A stretch of 64,000 nt of DNA from a virus. Its lineage: Duplodnaviria > Caudoviricetes. Under the pieces are notes generated by a model, which saw nothing but the letters and a program-made list of their open reading frames with translations, was not told the origin of the DNA and searched no databases. Position numbers and translations under genes: made by a program. This document shows, in pieces, positions 27,161-34,348 of this stretch. Every line of letters starts with the position of its first letter. The first letter of the stretch is position 1. Location of the stretch: positions 735-64,734 of IMG/VR virus record IMGVR_UViG_3300021255_003269; one strand, written 5' to 3'.

Positions 27161-28305
27161 ATCATTTCCCTCGCTTTCTCAAGAATATCAGTTCTGTACT
27201 TAACATAACGTTTTTCTGTTGTTTCGGTTTTGCTATGACCTAATATCCGTGCAATCATGTCTAATGGCATACCATTTCCTCTCCATTCTGTAGCACAGGT
27301 ATCTCTGAAGTCATGGGCAGAATATCCTTCAAAATGAAAGTGTTTTCGGATTCTTTCGAAGGTGCGGCGTGCTGTAGAATAACATATGGGAGACTCCATC
27401 GTTTTATCCTCATCAGCATAAAGCAAGAAACCATGTTTCAGCATTGGTGAAAGAATTTGCTTAAGCTCGGGATGCAATGGAATCTTACGGATACTAGTCT
27501 TTGTTTTAGGTGTCTTAATCTCAGGTTGATTTCGTTTTGGATGAACAACCGCTCGTTGAACAGTAATCCATTCGTCATCAATATCTTCCCAACGAAGGCC
27601 AAGAACTTCTTCGAATCGCATGCCAGTATAGCATAACAGTGCAGCCATTACCTGTTCTTTTCCCGAAATATCAGTCAACCCAGCTTTGATTTCGTCCATC
27701 TTTTCTTTTGGCAAAGCTTTGTGATGGATCGTTTCATGACCACTGATCTCAATGTTTTTGCTGGCTAAAGGATTCTTTGTCAGAATATCATCCTCAACAG
27801 CGGCATCGAATACCGGATTCATAATGTTCTTAATCTTTAAGATGGTTTCTTTGGAGTAAGTCTTCCCGAGACTGTTAAACCATCGCTGGATGTCTGAACT
27901 TCTGATATGATCAATTCGTGTTGATCCAAAAGCCGGCTCAATGTGATTACGAATGATTCGTCCTCGATTGACCACGGTGTTGGATTGTTGTTTTTGCTTA
28001 AATGTTCCATAATATTCTCTGAGGTAGTCTCCAAACAATGGGCTCCTTTTATCATCTTCTATCCACTCCACAATTCCTTCATTGATCAGCAGTTTTACAT
28101 AATTGTCGAACAGCTCCTGCATTGAATATCCATGAAGCCATTTTGTTTTACCATTAACAACAACCTTCTCAGCTAATCTTTTAGGCATACTATTATCTCC
28201 TTCATGTATGCCTTCGCCCAAAGATGTGCAGTTGTCAAGATTCGCTACCAAGCTCAATAGCTGGTTAATGACCTCATCCTTATTATAAATTTTTGTGCTA
28301 TCCAT
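27157..28305 (-). CDS. int: Tyrosine integrase
   Basis: YTGMRFEEVLGLRWEDID, KT(PK), HDFRDT, LGHS and RY catalytic set; SAM-like N-terminal domain. Confidence 0.95.
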   Translation of the reverse strand: MDSTKIYNKDEVINQLLSLVANLDNCTSLGEGIHEGDNSMPKRLAEKVVVNGKTKWLHGYSMQELFDNYVKLLINEGIVEWIEDDKRSPLFGDYLREYYGTFKQKQQSNTVVNRGRIIRNHIEPAFGSTRIDHIRSSDIQRWFNSLGKTYSKETILKIKNIMNPVFDAAVEDDILTKNPLASKNIEISGHETIHHKALPKEKMDEIKAGLTDISGKEQVMAALLCYTGMRFEEVLGLRWEDIDDEWITVQRAVVHPKRNQPEIKTPKTKTSIRKIPLHPELKQILSPMLKHGFLLYADEDKTMESPICYSTARRTFERIRKHFHFEGYSAHDFRDTCATEWRGNGMPLDMIARILGHSKTETTEKRYVKYRTDILEKAREMM

Positions 28306-28317
28306 GTCAATTATTCC

Positions 28318-28749
28318 TTATAGAAAATCTCCATATACATGCCTTACATGTTTGTGATTACCTCCAGCTTTAATCACTGGAAATGAGACTTCTTGTGGTC
28401 CGTATGCTGTTATGCCAAAGCTGCCAGCATTCGGAAAACGTTTATTCTTTTGTTTTAGCTCCTTAATCTTTCGAATAAATCTATCAGGCGGAATATCACA
28501 AAGCATTTCATATAAACTGCTCTTTATGAATCTTTCGAGAGACGCTTTGGTTCTTAAACTGACCGTCATATCATCACTCTGTCGTGGCCTTACATTATCT
28601 GGATTGTCGCATACATCGTAATAGTCTCGAGCGGCCAAGGCAATAATTGCCGCAGCTAATCTTTTTGCTCCTGCGTCATTCAAATATCTGTAATTTGGAA
28701 AAGCTTCTTCAAATTCAGCCATTTCTTTGTCAACAAATTTTTGGTTCAT
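28318..28749 (-). CDS. Conserved phage hypothetical protein
   Basis: LAAAIIALAARDY motif recalled from a widespread phage family. Confidence 0.65.
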   Translation of the reverse strand: MNQKFVDKEMAEFEEAFPNYRYLNDAGAKRLAAAIIALAARDYYDVCDNPDNVRPRQSDDMTVSLRTKASLERFIKSSLYEMLCDIPPDRFIRKIKELKQKNKRFPNAGSFGITAYGPQEVSFPVIKAGGNHKHVRHVYGDFL

Positions 28750-28924
28750 TGGAGGATCCCCCTGTCAAATAAGTCATTATGCCAATCGTCAAATCGTACA
28801 TTTCCAGCAGTTCCTTATCATCTTGAACTAGTTCACAATTTGCACAATCTCTGTTGCAGGTATTAGCTCTGCTAATACATTCACGTTCGATCTTTAGTAG
28901 CTCAAGTGCTCTCTCTAAAGGCAT
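28730..28924 (-). CDS. Small Cys-containing hypothetical protein
   Basis: ALELLKIERECISRANTCNRDCANCEL; start re-called after SD AAGGAGG. Confidence 0.7.
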   Translation of the reverse strand: MPLERALELLKIERECISRANTCNRDCANCELVQDDKELLEMYDLTIGIMTYLTGGSSNEPKIC

Positions 28925-29156
28925 ATCGTTCCTCCTTCTGTGAATCATCAGAATGCTTAATGTCATATTCCCTAGCATAATGGCTAGTAAAAATTTTAGT
29001 TATTTCGTCGACTATCGCTTTAAACCGCGGGTCATTGTTTGTCATATGAACAGCATACCAGGATTTTCGACTTTCGTATTTTAGTTTTTCCAGAAGTTGT
29101 TGTTTTGATGGATCCTTAGATTTGCCGACATTCTGGACTACAAACTGCTCAGTCAT
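28902..29156 (-). CDS. Small hypothetical protein
   Basis: 84 aa; SD AAAGGTGG. Confidence 0.55.
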   Translation of the reverse strand: MTEQFVVQNVGKSKDPSKQQLLEKLKYESRKSWYAVHMTNNDPRFKAIVDEITKIFTSHYAREYDIKHSDDSQKEERYAFREST

Positions 29157-29192
29157 TGCAATATTCCACCTTTCTTAAAAATAAAAAAGTTA

Positions 29193-29316
29193 AGGAAAGT
29201 GTACCGGATCGAACGGTCGTAACTTTTGTTATGCTCCCACTAAGCACTCATACTTTCCTAAAGAGGGCGTTTTGCTTTTGATGTTATCTCCTTAGGACAT
29301 TCCAGTCCTCCTCTTC
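29193..29316 (-). ncRNA. Putative ncRNA with a tRNA-like 3' domain lacking an anticodon loop
   Basis: AGGAAAGT/ACTTTCCT stem, TGCT-TAGTGGG-AGCA, TAAC-AAAA-GTTA and ACCG-TTCGATC-CGGT arms; own promoter; U-tract downstream. Confidence 0.6.
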
Positions 29317-29340
29317 ATTATCAAGCATGTTTTTAACGCG
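29315..29340 (-). promoter_or_regulatory. Phage promoter motif copy 9
   Basis: CGCGTTAAAAACATGCTTGATAATGA. Confidence 0.7.
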
Positions 29341-29360
29341 AAAAAAAAGAGGAGGCGTGT

Positions 29361-29771
29361 TTACGCCTTAACCTCTTCCAAATGAAACGTCACATCAATC
29401 CAACCAATCAACATTGTAGTCAATTTCAAATGCAGTTCCAGTTCTTCTCCTAACCAAAATTCCCAGTTCATTAACGCGTCGCTTTTACTTGCTATCAGCA
29501 TAAATAACGGATTGCTAGTCATCATATTTGTGAGCATCTCATAATGCTTTTGCCACATAAACTTTTCGTAATCATTATCTCTGTCCTCGCTCGGTTTAAT
29601 TCCGAGGGCATCGGCTTCACGATTCCAATCAGGTATGTGTTTATTCGCTTCGTTCGCATACTCATTGTAATATACAGGATACAGTCCTTCAATTGCTTGC
29701 TTCATCGCTTCTTCGTTATTCAACGGTCCTTCACCAGTCCAGTCAAACTTCATTGCATAATTTGTAGTCAT
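29361..29771 (-). CDS. Hypothetical protein
   Basis: SD GGAGGAG; promoter at 29810. Confidence 0.7.
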   Translation of the reverse strand: MTTNYAMKFDWTGEGPLNNEEAMKQAIEGLYPVYYNEYANEANKHIPDWNREADALGIKPSEDRDNDYEKFMWQKHYEMLTNMMTSNPLFMLIASKSDALMNWEFWLGEELELHLKLTTMLIGWIDVTFHLEEVKA

Positions 29772-29809
29772 AAATATCTCCTCCTATTATTTAATTGGAC
29801 GTTTTCGTC

Positions 29810-29835
29810 TCATTATAGAGCATGTTTCTTACGCG
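29810..29835 (-). promoter_or_regulatory. Phage promoter motif copy 10
   Basis: CGCGTAAGAAACATGCTCTATAATGA; first motif downstream of the late-operon terminator. Confidence 0.75.
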
Positions 29836-29840
29836 AGAGA

Positions 29841-29873
29841 AAAAAAAAGAGCCATGTGCGGGCCACGGCTCTC
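29841..29873 (-). terminator. Late-operon terminator
   Basis: AGAGCCGTG / CATGGCTCT stem followed by T8. Confidence 0.85.
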
Positions 29874-29874
29874 T

Positions 29875-29974
29875 TGCCAGCTTTGGGAGTTGCACCCAAA
29901 TTGCGAGACAAACGTTTATCATGAAAGGAGGTTGAAAGGAGTGAAGAAAGAGCCTCTTCCCAATGTAAGCTGGC
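29875..29974 (-). ncRNA. tRNA-shaped RNA with a 42-nt anti-SD loop in place of the anticodon
   Basis: 7-bp acceptor GCCAGCT/AGCTGGC; T-arm TTGGG-TGCAACT-CCCAA; GAGGC/GTCTC stem closing a loop with two CTCCTTTC motifs. Confidence 0.6.
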
Positions 29975-29980
29975 ATATAG

Positions 29981-30079
29981 AATTCCGCCAGGAGAGGTGA
30001 GGTTGCTAAATATAAGGCTAGCAATGGAACCCTCTCCTGACTTGCGGACACACCGCCATGACCCTCACTCCACGGAATT
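29981..30079 (-). ncRNA. Structured RNA domain 5' of the tRNA-like element
   Basis: AATTCCG/CGGAATT, CAGGAGAGG/CCTCTCCTG, TTGCTA/TAGCAA and GCGG/CCGC stems. Confidence 0.5.
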
Positions 30080-30081
30080 AG

Positions 30082-30414
30082 TTACCAGTTAGGCCCCCGG
30101 AATCCATATCCCCCTGGATAAGGGTACCTACCGGACATATTATCATCATACTCATTCATTGGACTATATGCGCGACTGACATATCGTCCATTTGCTGCAC
30201 GACCGCGACGGCCACTCATGCCAGGTTCTTCTTCCCGGTCATACTCTTCGGCTTCTTTCATAGCTTTATAAGTAGCCAGGCTTTTCATGGTATGAGTTAG
30301 AAGATCAGCTCGTTTAAGGTCGGTCTCACTCATTTCAGCGCCACCTTTAAGCTTCTGTTCGATGGCTTCGAGTTCTTTGCACATGGATTTTTCCAAAGAT
30401 TCGAACTTATCCAT
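30082..30414 (-). CDS. Conserved gut-phage helical protein
   Basis: MCKELE...DLLTHTMKSL...SGRRGRAANGRYVSR pattern (recall). Confidence 0.75.
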   Translation of the reverse strand: MDKFESLEKSMCKELEAIEQKLKGGAEMSETDLKRADLLTHTMKSLATYKAMKEAEEYDREEEPGMSGRRGRAANGRYVSRAYSPMNEYDDNMSGRYPYPGGYGFRGPNW

Positions 30415-30430
30415 ATACTATGCCTCCTTG

Positions 30431-31192
30431 TCAGGCTGCAGCAGGACGAGTAGCAGTGGCAGCAGTAGCTGTAGGCGGATAAAGACTAAGGAAGTACTGA
30501 GTCTGAGCAGTCAGAGCGTTCTGCAGGTAATTATTCTGCGAAATCTGAGAAGCGTTAAACGCAGCCATATTCAGCTGCTGCTGGAGATCAGCAATCTTCT
30601 CATTCTTAGCATCAATCTTATCCTGGCACATCTGATCTCTGATAGACTGGAAGCCATTATTCATGGTATTCAAAACCGTATTGAGTGCGTTAGACACAGA
30701 GGCCCGATCGGCGCACGCCTCGGTGGCAACGGTATACTTCAGGTCAGCAGTGGCCGCCCGGTTTTCGCAGCAGCAGTTCTGGAGAGCAGACTGAAGCGCA
30801 AACTGCTGATTCATGTCCGCCATCTGACGGGAATTAGCAGCGATTTCAGCCTGAGCAAAACCATTAGAAAGACCCTGATTCACACCAGCAAAACCGGTAG
30901 CCAGGCTCTGGTTAACACCGGCAAAGCCATTACACATCGCTGTCTGGATGCTGGAAATGCCGTTAGTCAAGGTGGCCTGATCAAAACCACGCTGAACATC
31001 CTGGCCAACCACAGTAGCACCATTATTGCCACCACCCCAGTTACCGCCAAAGCCATTTCCCCAGCCAAACATAGCCAGAAGAATCAGGATAAACCAAGCA
31101 CCATTACCACCAAAGAAGCCATCATTACCATTACCAAAACTGCCATACGCAGGCGCAACAGGCATATACATACCATTATTTTCAGACGTCAT
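30431..31192 (-). CDS. Gly/Asn-rich membrane and coiled-coil protein with CCC motif
   Basis: TM AWFILILLAMFGW, QRGFD, QNCCCEN and long heptad region; conserved gut-phage family of unknown function (recall). Confidence 0.8.
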   Translation of the reverse strand: MTSENNGMYMPVAPAYGSFGNGNDGFFGGNGAWFILILLAMFGWGNGFGGNWGGGNNGATVVGQDVQRGFDQATLTNGISSIQTAMCNGFAGVNQSLATGFAGVNQGLSNGFAQAEIAANSRQMADMNQQFALQSALQNCCCENRAATADLKYTVATEACADRASVSNALNTVLNTMNNGFQSIRDQMCQDKIDAKNEKIADLQQQLNMAAFNASQISQNNYLQNALTAQTQYFLSLYPPTATAATATRPAAA

Positions 31193-31467
31193 AGTTCCTG
31201 CCCTTCCTTTTTGAGTAAATGTAGTGATTCATAGCCAAGATTTAGTCACATACAATCAAAGGCATCACCTTCAATCTGACTAAAATATAAATTTTTCTTC
31301 AGATTTCTTATATGGCTAAGCTGCCTGTGGTCATAGAAGTAAGGCCACAACAAAATAAAAAAAGCTATTCAGTTGTGCGTTTGGCTGTTTCCTCTTGCTC
31401 TGAACCGATCACACGAATGATACGGATGGACATTTAACGGGACAAATGAAGCCCGCACCAGCAAAAA

Positions 31468-31980
31468 TTATTGTGGAAGTTCAGCGAACGGCCCATCCGA
31501 GCAAAGATAGTCGTCCTCTTTGGCAACATAATAATAATCTACGTCAGCACCATCAGGACTTCTAAACTCAAAAACATATTGTGTTTTTCTTCCATCACTT
31601 GTATCTACATAAGATACGCGAACCGCATTATAAAACGTCGGCAGATATACTGGTGCATGGTAATTAGTGTCTTCATTGAGATCATTAAGACTTATACGGT
31701 CAATATATTCATTTTTTGCAAATACCATGAGGCCATTGGCATTGGCATTAAGTAAATCGGCTGCAGTAATCTCTAACCAATTACATGAGCTCTGATGGGC
31801 ATCTGCATACGGATCTTCGCCTTCTCCTGGATAAGTGCTAACTTGTTTTACAAATAAAAATGGTATATCGTTACCATTTCCATCGCTATGAGAACCACCG
31901 CCGCTAAGTCCTCTAATCGCTTCAACAATCTCCTGACCAGTCGCTTCAGTGATAGAGCCATTACTAATATCATTAGGCAT
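31468..31980 (-). CDS. Leader-bearing paralog 3 (170 aa)
   Basis: SITEATGQEIVEAIRGLSGG leader; YPGEGEDPY and DYLC motifs. Confidence 0.75.
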   Translation of the reverse strand: MPNDISNGSITEATGQEIVEAIRGLSGGGSHSDGNGNDIPFLFVKQVSTYPGEGEDPYADAHQSSCNWLEITAADLLNANANGLMVFAKNEYIDRISLNDLNEDTNYHAPVYLPTFYNAVRVSYVDTSDGRKTQYVFEFRSPDGADVDYYYVAKEDDYLCSDGPFAELPQ

Positions 31981-31996
31981 TATGATCTACCTCCAT

Positions 31997-32518
31997 TTAA
32001 TGCTGTTCATCCCATACCATATTCCTGGAGCAAGGATAATCAGTTTCGTTTTTAGCATATAACCGCACCAGTTTATCCTCGTTGTTGAAACGCACTTCCA
32101 TCGGACCAGAAAGAGTATTATCAACTATCTTCATAGCTTCATAAATCGGCATGAATTGAGAATACGCAATTAGAGCACCCTTAGATTCCTCTACTCCATG
32201 AACAAGAATATAAACTAATTTCCCTGCCGCAAGAGCCTCGAAGATTTTATTGAAGGGCACGTCAAGCCAACTTGTTGCTTCATCTTCTCCTTCGCTACTG
32301 GAAATCGGTTCGTACTGTCCGGCGTACGGATCCGCACCATCACCAGGATATGTTTCGGTAGAATGACAGATTAAGATCTGGCTATCGGTCGGAACAACAG
32401 GAGCGCTTTCCTCTGGTTCAATATCAAAGTCCTCGCCAGAACCAGCCATAATTCGAATAGCTTTCGCAATCTGCTTACCAGTCTTATCAGTGATCGTACT
32501 ATTATTCATGCTATTCAT
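31997..32518 (-). CDS. Leader-bearing paralog 2 (173 aa)
   Basis: TITDKTGKQIAKAIRIMAGS leader; YPGDGADPY and DYPC motifs. Confidence 0.75.
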   Translation of the reverse strand: MNSMNNSTITDKTGKQIAKAIRIMAGSGEDFDIEPEESAPVVPTDSQILICHSTETYPGDGADPYAGQYEPISSSEGEDEATSWLDVPFNKIFEALAAGKLVYILVHGVEESKGALIAYSQFMPIYEAMKIVDNTLSGPMEVRFNNEDKLVRLYAKNETDYPCSRNMVWDEQH

Positions 32519-32530
32519 TATTTTTCCTCC

Positions 32531-33091
32531 TTACTCGTCCGTTTGCGACGGATGATCTGGGTCTACCATTACAGCATCACAAGGATAGTCTGAATCCTTA
32601 ATAGCATACATGTTCTCAACAGTAACATTATTGCTTGTAGTCGGAACATTATAAAAATGAAGAGCCATCACGTCGTTTTCTGTTGATGTGTAAAAATAAC
32701 TCGGCATGATGAATAATTGAGAAATGGCGGCTGATCTTGAAACATCGTCCCCAGTTCGTTCTCCAATCGGAATGTAATCAAGAACTTCTGAACTAATAAT
32801 GCAAACAATTTTACCATTTCTCATTGCTTGCTTAATCTCTCCGAAAGTAGCATCAAGCCAAGTATGAGCTGTATTAGCTGTTTCCGCCCCTGGCATCTGT
32901 TCGTATTGTCCTTCGTATGGATCTTCACCATCACCAGGATAATTATCTACCACATGGATGACATAAAACAGCGATTCATTTGTCTTAGATTCTTCATCAC
33001 TAGAAGAACCACCACCTCCCAGATTTCTGAGAGCTTCTACAATTTTCATACCGGTTTCTTCAGTCAGGGACGCTTTTTGTTCGTTTGCCAT
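32531..33091 (-). CDS. Leader-bearing paralog 1 (186 aa)
   Basis: SLTEETGMKIVEALRNLGGG leader; YPGDGEDPY and DYPC motifs; start re-called at MANEQ. Confidence 0.75.
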   Translation of the reverse strand: MANEQKASLTEETGMKIVEALRNLGGGGSSSDEESKTNESLFYVIHVVDNYPGDGEDPYEGQYEQMPGAETANTAHTWLDATFGEIKQAMRNGKIVCIISSEVLDYIPIGERTGDDVSRSAAISQLFIMPSYFYTSTENDVMALHFYNVPTTSNNVTVENMYAIKDSDYPCDAVMVDPDHPSQTDE

Positions 33092-33368
33092 GTTTCTTTT
33101 CCTCCTTGTGAAACCATTCATCAGCGGCCTCATTCATAGCAGCTTCGTCAGCAATAACCGGATTGCCATTGTCATCCAGCATTGCATATTCCTTATCCAA
33201 AGTTGCCATGCACGGGCCGCCTTTTTTAGCACAAAACTTTTTATTGCACTTTCTATTTAGCACATAATTGCAGACGTAAGGCGTGTCGTCAATTTTGTAC
33301 AACTTAGTCGCCTTCTTCTGCTGGTTTTTCACTCTCCGGGATCTCATGCCAATCGTCCGGTACTCCAT
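33060..33368 (-). CDS. Cys-containing hypothetical protein
   Basis: YVCNY...CNKKFC...PCMAT; overlaps both neighbours, start uncertain. Confidence 0.5.
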   Translation of the reverse strand: MEYRTIGMRSRRVKNQQKKATKLYKIDDTPYVCNYVLNRKCNKKFCAKKGGPCMATLDKEYAMLDDNGNPVIADEAAMNEAADEWFHKEEKKHGKRTKSVPD

Positions 33369-33756
33369 TGGTCAGGCAGACACCAGTATACATGACGGAA
33401 AAATTGCTCTTGCTAAGGCGATACCGCCCCTTATCGGGATTGCAAATGACCACTTTTCCGTTATCGTCCACGCCACAGACAACAATCCAGTGGCAGTATT
33501 TCCACCAGACGATAGACGGGCGATCCTGCTTCAGGACATCCAGATAAGTTTCCTGCCAGGCTTTCATATCAAGACCGTGGGCGTTCCCGACGCGCAGCAT
33601 ATCCTTGGCAGAGCATCCGACCAACCGGGTATTAAGCTCCTCGCCAAGCTGATCCAGCGGAACCTGAATACCATAGTAGTCAAGCAGCATTTGAAGGCAC
33701 GTAGCGCCACAATCGAACTTTTTTGGACTGGTAATCGGTGTTACATCATAAACCAT
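33304..33756 (-). CDS. Stand-alone C39-family cysteine peptidase
   Basis: DCGATCLQMLLDYYG (catalytic Cys), YCHWIVV (His) and CNPDKG; no ABC transporter fused. Confidence 0.85.
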   Translation of the reverse strand: MVYDVTPITSPKKFDCGATCLQMLLDYYGIQVPLDQLGEELNTRLVGCSAKDMLRVGNAHGLDMKAWQETYLDVLKQDRPSIVWWKYCHWIVVCGVDDNGKVVICNPDKGRYRLSKSNFSVMYTGVCLTNGVPDDWHEIPESEKPAEEGD

Positions 33757-33769
33757 ATGATAGCCCCCC

Positions 33770-33940
33770 TTACCGAAGCGGATCGACAGGGACAGTAATC
33801 ACATCAAAGGTGAACCGTTTCTGCTCTGCCAGTCTAAGCGTTTCCTGGTCAAGCTGGGGCTGTCCAGTCTTTGCGATGTCTACGTCTTTCTGATCCATGA
33901 TCTGAGTCATAATCTGCAAATTATCCTGTTTCATACTCAT
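33770..33940 (-). CDS. 56-aa peptide (not in ORF track)
   Basis: MSMKQDNLQIMTQ...VPVDPLR; SD GGAGGG. Confidence 0.55.
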   Translation of the reverse strand: MSMKQDNLQIMTQIMDQKDVDIAKTGQPQLDQETLRLAEQKRFTFDVITVPVDPLR

Positions 33941-33949
33941 GCCCTCCCA

Positions 33950-34333
33950 TTAAATAAAGTGGACTCTTCCGAACGTATACTCATCATCTTCTGAGGAATC
34001 ATACCAGACGCCAATGCTTTCCAGCATTTCTTCAAGCTCAAGCATTTCCTCAGACTTCGGCAGCGCATGATATTCATCCACAATGGTAAACTCATCCACC
34101 TGTTTAGGCAGCACAACCAGATATTGGGTCTGCTTATCATAGACGAGTTCACGATCTGGATGAATGTGCTTTGTCCACCCCAAACGGATTCTCTCTTCGG
34201 GATTCTCATCAAAATAAGCCTTAACATTGACAATATATTTCCCGGTAATGCTCCTGTCACTGTCGATGGTAAATTCATTTACGGTTTTTCTTTTTCCATC
34301 AACCAGTTTTTCATAGTCATACGTGGTTGCCAT
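33950..34333 (-). CDS. Hypothetical protein
   Basis: 127 aa; SD GAGGAG. Confidence 0.7.
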   Translation of the reverse strand: MATTYDYEKLVDGKRKTVNEFTIDSDRSITGKYIVNVKAYFDENPEERIRLGWTKHIHPDRELVYDKQTQYLVVLPKQVDEFTIVDEYHALPKSEEMLELEEMLESIGVWYDSSEDDEYTFGRVHFI

Positions 34334-34348
34334 GCTCTCGCTCCTCTC

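Larger units (their letters stand above)
26383..27191 (-). repeat. Four ~34-bp direct repeats of the integrase 3' end
   Basis: Plus-strand T(C/T)ACATCATTT(C/T)CCTCGCTTTC(T/C)(C/T)AAGAATAT(C/T)AG at ~26383, 26648, 26969 and 27157, separated by small ORFs. Confidence 0.95.

Noticed and set aside
26383-27191. CRISPR array interpretation of the four ~34-bp repeats
   Set aside because: Spacers are about 150-290 bp and encode ORFs, the repeat equals the int 3' end, and there is no cas operon.
29791-30051. 86-aa minus-strand ORF
   Set aside because: No SD; it spans the terminator and promoter motif and overlaps the structured RNA, so a non-coding explanation fits better.
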